Assembly (NCBI GenBank): GCA_027068765.1
Contig: JAMOMC010000188.1
Location: 199-64,198 of the forward strand
Reading direction: 5' to 3'
Length of the DNA: 64,000 nt
Source: Campylobacterales bacterium
GTDB taxonomy: Bacteria > Campylobacterota > Campylobacteria > Campylobacterales > QNZT01
Part shown: piece by piece, positions 52,362 through 60,644 of the stretch
Layout of the letters: each line of letters opens with the position of its first letter
Position numbering within the stretch: the stretch's first letter is position 1
Notes under the pieces: generated by a model
Seen by the model: the letters and a program-made list of their open reading frames with translations, nothing else
Told to the model about the DNA's origin: nothing
Database searches by the model: none
Translations under genes and position numbers: made by a program

Positions 52362-52886
52362 TTATGTTTTAAGCTCTCTCATAATTATCTGTTTAGGTAG
52401 AAAATCATAACAAAAGTATGAGCTACTAAAGGTTATTTTACTATTGTCTCTTCCATCGGGGCTTATAAACTTCATCCGCTTATCAAACATTAAAAGTTGT
52501 AAGTCTTTATCTTTAAAGAGCTGTTTTGGAGCGGCATCATTTAGCCAAGTGTTTGACATTATTAGTGCAAATGGTTTGTTGAAACTTAATGCTCTTTCAA
52601 AATATCTCCTCTTTTTTGTAAATGGTGGGTTGGAGATTATGATATCCCAATTTTCAGGCTCATACTCAAAAAAATCTTCTCCATTATCTATATGGCTATA
52701 AACAACTTCATTGATACAAGATATCTGTTTTACAAATTGGCTCTCTTTTTTATCAAAAGGGCACCAGATAATCTTATCTTTTGGGATAAACTCTAATATA
52801 GGAGAAACTGCATAACTAGGTGTGTAACATTCGTCATTATCTCCTTTAGAGTAGAGAATCTTTTTGCTATCTGTTTTTACACTCAT
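52362..52886 (-). CDS. minimal N6-adenine methyltransferase-like protein (orphan)
   Basis: CYTPSYAV (TP motif), an IWCPFD AdoMet-loop-like stretch, and catalytic DIIISNPPF (motif IV NPPF). Only 174 aa, with no adjacent nuclease. Confidence 0.5.
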   Translation of the reverse strand: MSVKTDSKKILYSKGDNDECYTPSYAVSPILEFIPKDKIIWCPFDKKESQFVKQISCINEVVYSHIDNGEDFFEYEPENWDIIISNPPFTKKRRYFERALSFNKPFALIMSNTWLNDAAPKQLFKDKDLQLLMFDKRMKFISPDGRDNSKITFSSSYFCYDFLPKQIIMRELKT

Positions 52887-52959
52887 TTTAAATCTTAAAT
52901 TTTTTTATAGTGTAGCATAAGAAATATCTAGCTATCCTTTCATAATTAAGGATAATTTT

Positions 52960-54219
52960 GTGGAAAAAGTAGAACTTCTCTCACCAGCTGGTAATTTTGA
53001 AAAATTGAAAATAGCATTAGCTTATGGAGCAGATGCAGTTTATGGTGGAGTTAGTCACTTTTCACTTCGTATTCGCTCAGGTAAAGAGTTTGATTATGAT
53101 AGTTTTTTAGAAGCTATTAAATACACTCATAGTAAAAATAAAAAGATTTATGTAACTATAAATGGTTTTCCTTTTAACAATCAGATAAAACTTTTAGGCG
53201 AACATATCGAGAAGATGGCTAGTATGAGTCCAGATGCGATTATCGTTTCTACTCCAGGAGTTGTTAAACTTGCTCATCAGATTGCCCCGCATATTCCAAT
53301 TCATCTTTCAACTCAGGCGAATGTTCTTAATTATCTAGATGCTGAGGTTTATTATGAGATGGGAGTAGAGAGGATAATCGCAGCTCGGGAGGTTAGTTTA
53401 AAAGATCTTATAAAGATAAAGGAGCATCTGCCAAAGTTAGAGTTAGAGGTATTTGTTCACGGTTCGATGTGTTTTGCTTATAGTGGAAGGTGTCTTATTA
53501 GCTCAGTTCAAAGTGGAAGAGTTCCAAATCGTGGAAGTTGTGCAAATGATTGCCGTTTTGATTATACTCTGTATGCTGAAAATCCAGATAGTGGAACACT
53601 TTTTAAAATTGAACAAGATGAGGGTGGAACACACATCATGAATGCAAAAGATATGAATATGAGTGCTTATGTTGATGAGATTTTAAAAAGTGGAGTAATC
53701 TCTTCATTAAAAATTGAAGGTAGGACTAAAAGTGCTTATTATGCGGCTGTTACTGCACGAACTTATAAAATGGCGATAGATGATTTTTATGCAGGAAATT
53801 ATGATGCAAAAAAATATGAAGAAGAGTTAAATACGACTAAAAATCGTGGCTTTAGTGATGCTTATTTGGTGCAACGCCCACACGAGAGAGTTGATACACA
53901 AAATTTAAAAACAGCTATAAGTGATGGGACTTATGAAGTTAGTGGGCTTGTGCTTGAAAATGGGGAGTATTTTATGTGTAAATATAAAACTTATCCAAAT
54001 GTTGAGATAGAGATGATTTTGCCAGAGGGTGAAAATGTGCAAGAGGTTGAAAATGAGATTGGTAAAATATATATAAAAGATACAAAGCCATATATCAAGT
54101 TTTATAAAATTATTACAAATACGGGTAAAGAGTTAGAGAGTGTGCATAGTGGCTATACTTTACCAATTAAATTACCAGCATTTTTACCATCTTTTACTAT
54201 TTTAAGACAACTCTCCTAA
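52960..54219 (+). CDS. U32 family peptidase-like protein
   Basis: Motifs ELLSPAGN, GADAVY, E.FVHGSMC.AYSGRC and SGRVPNRGSCANDCR. GTG start. Confidence 0.85.
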   Translation: MEKVELLSPAGNFEKLKIALAYGADAVYGGVSHFSLRIRSGKEFDYDSFLEAIKYTHSKNKKIYVTINGFPFNNQIKLLGEHIEKMASMSPDAIIVSTPGVVKLAHQIAPHIPIHLSTQANVLNYLDAEVYYEMGVERIIAAREVSLKDLIKIKEHLPKLELEVFVHGSMCFAYSGRCLISSVQSGRVPNRGSCANDCRFDYTLYAENPDSGTLFKIEQDEGGTHIMNAKDMNMSAYVDEILKSGVISSLKIEGRTKSAYYAAVTARTYKMAIDDFYAGNYDAKKYEEELNTTKNRGFSDAYLVQRPHERVDTQNLKTAISDGTYEVSGLVLENGEYFMCKYKTYPNVEIEMILPEGENVQEVENEIGKIYIKDTKPYIKFYKIITNTGKELESVHSGYTLPIKLPAFLPSFTILRQLS

Positions 54220-54243
54220 ATTTTTTTTGCTAATTGTCGATAT
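54217..54243 (+). promoter_or_regulatory. sigma28 (FliA)-type promoter TAAA-N15-GTCGATAT
   Basis: TAAA (54217-54220, includes the U32 stop codon), a 15-nt spacer ttttttttgctaatt, and GTCGATAT (54236-54243). It lies 29 nt upstream of the TTG at 54273. Confidence 0.6.
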
Positions 54244-54272
54244 ATTAAGTAGAAAAAAATTATAAAAGGCTT

Positions 54273-55529
54273 TTGGTGTATAAGATACTTTTGGTTGAAG
54301 ATTCAAAACCAATCTGTTCATTTTTATTAAAAAAAATTAATCGAAATTTAAATATTTCTGTTGACATTGCTTCTACATTTAAAGATGCAAAAAAGTTGAT
54401 AGAGGAAAATCCTGATTATTTTTTAGCACTTTTAGATGTGCATTTGCCAGATATGGATGATACAACTATGGTTGATTTTGTATTAAATAAAAATATACCT
54501 AGTATCATCATGACGGCGGATTACAATAGCGAGACTAATCGTAATTTTTCTAAGAGAAATATTGTTGATTTTGTTTTAAAAGAGTCTCCTGAATCTTTAA
54601 ATTATATTGTCTCTTTAATTGATAGAGTTTTGGAAAACAGTAAAACAAAAGTACTTGTTGTAGATGATTCTAAGGTAGTTTTAAAGCAGTTAGATAAGTT
54701 TTTAAAAAATCAATTGTTTCAGGTTTTTCCTGCAATTTCTCCATTAGAGGGACTTAAAACTATTGAAAAAAATCCTGATATTAAGATTGTTATTATTGAT
54801 TATAATATGGCAGATTTAAATGGTGTGGAGTTTTTAAAAATTATTAGGCGGAATTTCTCTAAAAATAAAATTGCGGTTGTTGGCATTTCTAGTGATGAGA
54901 GTAGTTCTATCTCTTTTTTAAAACACGGTGCAAATGATTTTATAAAAAAACCTTTTATAAAAGAGGAGTTTATCTGCCGTATAAATAATACAGCAGAAGC
55001 ATTAGAAAATGTCATTAAACTAGAAGAGATTGCAAATACTGATTTTTTGACTAAAGTATCAAATCGAAAATACTTTTTTGAACAAGCAGAGCACTATTTT
55101 TCAATAGCATTAAGAGAGCAAAACTCTTGTGCTGTTGCTATGATAGATATTGATAATTTTAAGCTTATTAATGACACTTATGGACATGTTATGGGTGATG
55201 AGGTTATAAAATCATTGGCAAAATTATTGACTGATAATGTAAAAGGGCAAGATATGGTTGCCCGTTTTGGTGGGGAAGAGTTTGTTTTGTATTTAAAAGA
55301 TATATCTCCTTTTTTTGCTTCAAAATTTTTAGATCAGATATGTAAAAAAGTTGCAAAACAAATGATTAGAGTAGAAAATGATAAATATATCAGTTACACT
55401 GTCTCAATAGGAGTTGCTACAAAACAGTCTATGACATTATCAAAAATGATTGATGATGCGGATAAGCTTTTGTATAGTGCAAAACAAAGTGGTAAAAATA
55501 AAATTATTAGCGATCTTGTAATTGCTTAG
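54273..55529 (+). CDS. PleD-like REC-REC-GGDEF diguanylate cyclase response regulator
   Basis: Two receiver domains (LLVEDS..LLDVHLPD and VLVVDDS..IIDYNMADLNG). The GGDEF domain has RFGGEEF, and the I-site position reads KGQD. Confidence 0.88.
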   Translation: MVYKILLVEDSKPICSFLLKKINRNLNISVDIASTFKDAKKLIEENPDYFLALLDVHLPDMDDTTMVDFVLNKNIPSIIMTADYNSETNRNFSKRNIVDFVLKESPESLNYIVSLIDRVLENSKTKVLVVDDSKVVLKQLDKFLKNQLFQVFPAISPLEGLKTIEKNPDIKIVIIDYNMADLNGVEFLKIIRRNFSKNKIAVVGISSDESSSISFLKHGANDFIKKPFIKEEFICRINNTAEALENVIKLEEIANTDFLTKVSNRKYFFEQAEHYFSIALREQNSCAVAMIDIDNFKLINDTYGHVMGDEVIKSLAKLLTDNVKGQDMVARFGGEEFVLYLKDISPFFASKFLDQICKKVAKQMIRVENDKYISYTVSIGVATKQSMTLSKMIDDADKLLYSAKQSGKNKIISDLVIA

Positions 55530-55576
55530 AAAAATTTTGATAGAATAGTCTTTAAATATTTTAAAGAGGGATTTTT

Positions 55577-56071
55577 ATGAAGTTTGTAGCTATCGTTATT
55601 GGAAGTAAGAGTGATTTTAGTGTCATGGTTGAGTGTGCTAATACACTAGAGAAATTTGGAGTTTTACACGAGCTTATAATATCATCAGCGCATAGGAGTC
55701 CTGAGAGAACTCAACACTATATAAAAGATGCTGAAAAAAGAGGTTCGAGAGTTTTTATTTGTGCAGCTGGAATGGCGGCTCATTTAGCTGGAGCTGTTGC
55801 TGCTCTCACTGTAAAACCTGTTATTGGTGTTCCTATGAAGGGTGGAGTGATGGATGGCATGGATGCAATGCTTAGCACTGTTCAGATGCCTTCAGGTATG
55901 CCTGTTGCTACTGTTGCTATGGGAAAAGCAGGAGCTATAAACTCTGCATATCTTGCTATGCAGATTTTATCTTTGGAAGACAATGATTTGAGAGTTAAGC
56001 TTGAAGAAGACCGTATTTTAAAATCTAAAAAAGTTGAGAGTGATTCTTTGGATGTTGAGATAAGATTGTAG
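55577..56071 (+). CDS. purE: 5-(carboxyamino)imidazole ribonucleotide mutase
   Basis: Motifs GSKSD, SAHR, AGMAAHLAG, VIGVP and MP.G.PVATV. Confidence 0.92.
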   Translation: MKFVAIVIGSKSDFSVMVECANTLEKFGVLHELIISSAHRSPERTQHYIKDAEKRGSRVFICAAGMAAHLAGAVAALTVKPVIGVPMKGGVMDGMDAMLSTVQMPSGMPVATVAMGKAGAINSAYLAMQILSLEDNDLRVKLEEDRILKSKKVESDSLDVEIRL

Positions 56072-56078
56072 ATTTCAT

Positions 56079-56405
56079 ATGCAAAGCACAGATGAACTTG
56101 AAGTAATTAGCACAAAAAGAGATACAAATGTAGCCACAAGCGAATTTGTAAAAAATTCATTTCAAGCGGTACTTCATCTTCATGAACAGGTGGTAGATGC
56201 AAAAGAGGCTACACTTGAACAGTTAAGATCTGAAAATGAGTTTTTAAAAGAGATCATAAAATCTATCCAAGATGTTCACACAGAAGATAGACAAACGGTC
56301 GAAACACTAACTAATCAGATAAAAATTCTACAAGAAGAGTTAGAGTTCACAAAGCGAAAATATAAGCTAATGTGGAATAAAGCAGTAGAAAATTATAAAA
56401 AATAG
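56079..56405 (+). CDS. hypothetical coiled-coil protein
   Basis: 108-aa ORF with heptad-like Glu/Lys/Leu content. No family recognised. Confidence 0.5.
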   Translation: MQSTDELEVISTKRDTNVATSEFVKNSFQAVLHLHEQVVDAKEATLEQLRSENEFLKEIIKSIQDVHTEDRQTVETLTNQIKILQEELEFTKRKYKLMWNKAVENYKK

Positions 56406-56415
56406 AAAAAAGAGT

Positions 56416-57288
56416 ATGACTAAATCAATAAATTTTTCACAAATGTTACTAAAACTACAAAGCTATTGGGCAGATCAAGGTTGTAATATACTTCAATCTT
56501 ACGATATGCCTTCAGGTGCAGGGACTTTTCATAAAGCTACTTTTTTAAAAACCCTAGACCCAAGACCATGGAGAGCTGCTTATGTAGCACAATCTCGTCG
56601 TCCAACAGATGGTAGATATGGTGAAAATCCTAATCGCTTGGGGATATATTATCAATTTCAGGTGATTATTCAGCCAAGTCCTGACAATATTCAAGAGTTG
56701 TATTTAAAAAGTTTAGAGGCTCTTGGTTTGGATCTTAAAAATCACGATATTCGTTTTGTTGAGGACAATTGGGAGGCTCCAACTTTGGGGGCTTGGGGGC
56801 TTGGTTGGGAAGTTTGGCTTGACGGTATGGAGATTACTCAGTTTACATATTTTCAGCAAGTTGGTGGATTTGCTTGTGAGAGTGTTGCCGTTGAGATTAC
56901 TTATGGGACTGAACGACTTGCAATGTATCTTCAAGATAAAGATAGTATCTATGACATAATCTGGAATGAAAGTGAATATGGTGTGACAACTTATGGAGAT
57001 GTTCACAAACAAAATGAGTTTGAATTTAGCAAATATAGCTTTGAAGTTGCAGATGTCGATATGCTCTTTAGGCACTTTGATGATTTTTATAATGAGTGTA
57101 AACTCTGTCTTGATAACAAACTAGCACTTCCAGCTTATGATTATTGTCTTTTAGCATCTCACGCTTTTAATGTACTAGATGCAAGAAAGGCTATTTCTGT
57201 TACTCAAAGACAAGATTATATTTTAAAAGTTAGAGATTTGGCTAAGGGGTGTGCTAAGGTTTATAAAGAGGGAATTTCACCCTCTTAA
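56416..57288 (+). CDS. glyQ: glycine--tRNA ligase alpha subunit
   Basis: Motifs [31 protein letters not shown]-like, and [18 protein letters not shown]. Confidence 0.95.
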   Translation: MTKSINFSQMLLKLQSYWADQGCNILQSYDMPSGAGTFHKATFLKTLDPRPWRAAYVAQSRRPTDGRYGENPNRLGIYYQFQVIIQPSPDNIQELYLKSLEALGLDLKNHDIRFVEDNWEAPTLGAWGLGWEVWLDGMEITQFTYFQQVGGFACESVAVEITYGTERLAMYLQDKDSIYDIIWNESEYGVTTYGDVHKQNEFEFSKYSFEVADVDMLFRHFDDFYNECKLCLDNKLALPAYDYCLLASHAFNVLDARKAISVTQRQDYILKVRDLAKGCAKVYKEGISPS

Positions 57289-57297
57289 ATTAAGTTT

Positions 57298-57483
57298 TTA
57301 TTTATGAGATTTTAAAATTACAAGTGTCATTTTTATATTTAAAGCAATAAATCTAATAAATTGCCAAATAACACAAGTTCTGAAAAATTTCACCATACCT
57401 GTAGGGACCATAGTCTCAAACTCTGCTGTATAAGGTTCGATATGTTTCACATGTGGTGTTTGACTTTTCTCTTTTGTTTCCAT
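57298..57483 (-). CDS. hypothetical small membrane protein downstream of the SQR-like gene
   Basis: 61-aa ORF with one hydrophobic C-terminal helix, 43 nt after the SQR-like stop on the same strand. Confidence 0.35.
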   Translation of the reverse strand: METKEKSQTPHVKHIEPYTAEFETMVPTGMVKFFRTCVIWQFIRFIALNIKMTLVILKSHK

Positions 57484-57526
57484 CTTTTTCCTTCTTTTTT
57501 ATTTTAATTAAATTGATAAATCATCT

Positions 57527-58987
57527 CTACTCTGGAATAAACTTCCATCCTGGCTTCATTTGGGCTTTCCATAAAAAGCCGTAATGAAGTAGATGTTTTA
57601 TCCAGTGTCCCGCAAGCCCAATCTCTCCAAATGTATGGTTAAGATCTCTTCCAATTCCTGGGTATTTTTCAAAATCAGGAACAACAGGATAGACCGTAAG
57701 TGCTGCTGCTGTACCACTAAAGAAATTTTTTCCTGTAGATGCAACACAAGCCGCTCCCATCTCAGTCATACTTGCTGTATGAGTTGGTTCACTTTTGCCT
57801 TCTATTATCATATCTCTGATACTTTTTGCAACCGCTTTACCAATCATAGCAGAAGGCATTCCAGTTCGTGGAGGTGTTGGGTTTATTGGAGTACCATTTG
57901 GTGAACTCATAGGTTTTGAGATGAGATGAGGAGGTGCAAATGCTATACCAACTGCAAAGATATTTTTGTATGTTGGATTTTGATAGTTCCTTGGCCAATC
58001 AGATGCTTTCCACTCTTCATAAGGTTTTGGTGTATAGTCTGCATCAACTTTTAAAAACCCATTTGCTGCGAAAATATCAGCTGTTATATCGTTATCATTT
58101 TTATCAAATGCTTTAAGTCCTACACCTGCAAAAGGTGGTATAAGCATAGCAAAATCAAACTCTTCTACATCCATTGTGCCATCTAATAGTTCATAATGTG
58201 CTTTACCTTTTTCTACTTTATTTACATGTGCACCTATAATCCAACCTACATCTCTTTCAGCATAAATTGATTCAGCAAAAAGTTTACTGGAAGCTGCATA
58301 ACCACCTCTTTTTATATGTAGTCCGCCAATTCCAAAATCTCCTAAAAATGATTCATTTGATATCCAAGTGATTTCAGCCATATCTCTAACACCTGCATTT
58401 GCTAATACAAACTCAACATTAAATATATACTCAAATGCTGCACCTTGACAAGTACACATACCATGACCTGTTCCTATCAAGAATTTTTGTTTTTCACCAT
58501 TTTTCATCTTTTCTATGCAAGCTTGGAGCTCTTTGCTCGCATGTTCAGCATGCTCAGCTGTACAAACTGAAACAGTGTTTCCGCTATCTGGTCCTAAACC
58601 CTCAGTTGCTGCAAAATTTAGTTTGGGTCCAGTTGCATTTATGAGATAATCATAAGTTACAACCTCTTTTTCACCACTTTTTGAAGAGTCTGTATACTCT
58701 ATTGTTATATAAGGAGATATAGCATCCTTTCCCCCTTGTGGATGAATTGAGAGTGCTTTTGCCTGTTTAAATGTGGCACCTACTTTTTCGTACACTGGAG
58801 CAAGATCAAAAGTTACATCCTCTTTTGACATCTCTCCTACACCTACCCAAATATTTGATGGTATCCAGTTCCATTTGCTGTTTGGAGTTACTACTACAAC
58901 TTCATGTTCTTTGCCTATCCAATCTTGTAAAAATGATGCAGCCGTATGTCCTGAAACACCAGCTCCCATTATCACCACTCTTGCCAT
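57527..58987 (-). CDS. sqr: sulfide:quinone oxidoreductase-like FAD-dependent oxidoreductase
   Basis: Rossmann start VVIMGAGVSGHTAA. Conserved Cys contexts GHGMCTCQGAAFEY and MGAACVASTG, typical of the SQR/FCSD family. 486 aa. Confidence 0.75.
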   Translation of the reverse strand: MARVVIMGAGVSGHTAASFLQDWIGKEHEVVVVTPNSKWNWIPSNIWVGVGEMSKEDVTFDLAPVYEKVGATFKQAKALSIHPQGGKDAISPYITIEYTDSSKSGEKEVVTYDYLINATGPKLNFAATEGLGPDSGNTVSVCTAEHAEHASKELQACIEKMKNGEKQKFLIGTGHGMCTCQGAAFEYIFNVEFVLANAGVRDMAEITWISNESFLGDFGIGGLHIKRGGYAASSKLFAESIYAERDVGWIIGAHVNKVEKGKAHYELLDGTMDVEEFDFAMLIPPFAGVGLKAFDKNDNDITADIFAANGFLKVDADYTPKPYEEWKASDWPRNYQNPTYKNIFAVGIAFAPPHLISKPMSSPNGTPINPTPPRTGMPSAMIGKAVAKSIRDMIIEGKSEPTHTASMTEMGAACVASTGKNFFSGTAAALTVYPVVPDFEKYPGIGRDLNHTFGEIGLAGHWIKHLLHYGFLWKAQMKPGWKFIPE

Positions 58988-59156
58988 GTATACTCCTTAG
59001 TTTAAAAATTTTAAATAGTATAATACTATAATAATTATTAAAATATTATAAGTAAAAATTATTTTCATTTATAATAAAAAATTATATTATAAGACTTTAT
59101 AATGGAAGATTATATAAATTTATTTTTTAATTGTATAATTAAGTAAAGGCTATATC

Positions 59157-60149
59157 TTGAGACTGATTTTAATACTTATATCTGTTTTTGCTATTTCATT
59201 GCATGCTAAAAACTACAATTTGAATCCAAAAACTGTAGAGTTTATTAACATGATGGTAAAAGAGCATAATTTTAAAAGGCATTATTTAGAAAAGCTTTTT
59301 TCCAAAGTTAAGATGCAAAAAGCTCCTCTTCGTTTTTATGCTGAAAAAACTAAAAAAAAGCCGAGCAAAAAGGCACAAAAACTATATCCACTTCACGGTG
59401 CATGGGATCGTTATGTTAAATACAAAGTAACACAAAGACGAACTGAGCAAGGGGTAGAATTTATAAAAAAATATAAAAGCACATTTAAAAGAGTTGAAAA
59501 AGATTATGGCGTTCCCTCTCATTATGTGGCTGCGATTATTGGAATAGAGAGTGTTTATGGTGGAAATGTTGGTAAATATCCAGTATTTGATACTTTAACA
59601 ACTTTAGCTTTTGAAAAAAATAGAAGAAATAAGTTTTTTAAAAGAGAGTTAGAAAAGTTTATTTTGCTCTCATATCGTCAAAAATTTAATCCTAAAAATG
59701 TAAAAGGCTCATTTGCAGGAGCTATTGGTCTTAGTCAGTTTATGCCTAGTAATTATGAAGCTTATGGAGTTGATTTTAATAATGATGGCAAAATCAGTCT
59801 ACAAAATCCTGTAGATGCAATAGCTAGTGTTGCAAACTATTTAAAACAACACGGTTGGAAAAAAAATGAAGAGGTTGCTACAAGAGTTTCGTATAAGGGA
59901 GATAGATTTAAAAAATACAAAACAGGATATAACAAAAAATATCATCGCTCAAAGCTTGTAGGAATAGAGCCAAAATATGGAAAATGGAATTATTTTGATA
60001 AAGTAAGACTTATAAAATTGAGTCGCAAAAGTTACGATGAGCTTTGGTATGGGGCAAAAAACTTTTATGTTATCACCAGATATAACCATAGTGCCTATTA
60101 TGCGATGGCAGTACATCAATTGGCGGTGAAGATAAAAAAAGAGATATAA
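59157..60149 (+). CDS. mltB: lytic murein transglycosylase (MltB family)
   Basis: Signal peptide. Motifs IIGIESVYG and GAIGLSQFMPSNY. TTG start. Confidence 0.85.
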   Translation: MRLILILISVFAISLHAKNYNLNPKTVEFINMMVKEHNFKRHYLEKLFSKVKMQKAPLRFYAEKTKKKPSKKAQKLYPLHGAWDRYVKYKVTQRRTEQGVEFIKKYKSTFKRVEKDYGVPSHYVAAIIGIESVYGGNVGKYPVFDTLTTLAFEKNRRNKFFKRELEKFILLSYRQKFNPKNVKGSFAGAIGLSQFMPSNYEAYGVDFNNDGKISLQNPVDAIASVANYLKQHGWKKNEEVATRVSYKGDRFKKYKTGYNKKYHRSKLVGIEPKYGKWNYFDKVRLIKLSRKSYDELWYGAKNFYVITRYNHSAYYAMAVHQLAVKIKKEI

Positions 60150-60216
60150 GTGAATTTAAGCTATATGTAAATATAATCTTATTCGAAGAAATAAATTACT
60201 TAACAAAGGAAGAAGA

Positions 60217-60591
60217 ATGATTAAAATAATTTCAGGAGCAGTGGTTGCTGCGGTTTTATTTGCAGGGTGTTCAGCAAAAGATGCAGTAGTGGATGCAACA
60301 AAGGGTGCAGCAAGTGCAGTTGCAGACGGGACAACAAGTGCTGTTAGTGGTGTAGCATCAGGTGCTGCTGATGTGGCTGGTGGAGCGGTATCTGGAGTTA
60401 CAGATGCAGCAGGTTCAGTTGCTGATGGTGCAAAAGATGCAGTAAGTGGTGGTGCATCTGATGTTGCAAAAGATGCAACTAGTGTGGGTACAACAGATTC
60501 TTTAAAAGATAAAGCAATTGACAAAGCGGTAGATGTAGCTGATGATAAAACAGATGGAGCTGCTAGCAAAGTTATAGATGCTGTAAAATAA
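60217..60591 (+). CDS. Ala/Gly/Asp/Ser-rich periodic lipoprotein
   Basis: Lipobox VLFAGC, then about 100 aa built from DA..G..S.VADG-like units. The antisense 137-aa ORF is a mirror artefact. Confidence 0.65.
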   Translation: MIKIISGAVVAAVLFAGCSAKDAVVDATKGAASAVADGTTSAVSGVASGAADVAGGAVSGVTDAAGSVADGAKDAVSGGASDVAKDATSVGTTDSLKDKAIDKAVDVADDKTDGAASKVIDAVK

Positions 60592-60606
60592 GTTCTACTT
60601 AAAATA

Positions 60607-60631
60607 GGGTGCTTTTATGCACCCATTTTTT
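60607..60631. terminator. Rho-independent terminator between convergent genes
   Basis: GGGTGC-ttttat-GCACCC followed by ATTTTTT, with an A-run on the other side. Confidence 0.6.
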
Positions 60632-60644
60632 ACACTCTCTTTTT

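Noticed and set aside
57055-57062. GTCGATAT octamer inside glyQ, with a second at 44462-44469 inside nrnA (antisense)
   Set aside because: Neither has TAAA 15 nt upstream (tagc and gtgt instead), and neither has a downstream gene start. They are treated as chance occurrences, and they support the specificity of the bipartite intergenic boxes.
60156-60569. 137-aa minus-strand ORF rich in Ala/Ser/Thr/Pro
   Set aside because: It is the exact antisense mirror of the GCN/GGN-rich lipoprotein gene and has no signal, RBS or start context. The plus-strand ORF has a lipobox and a terminator.
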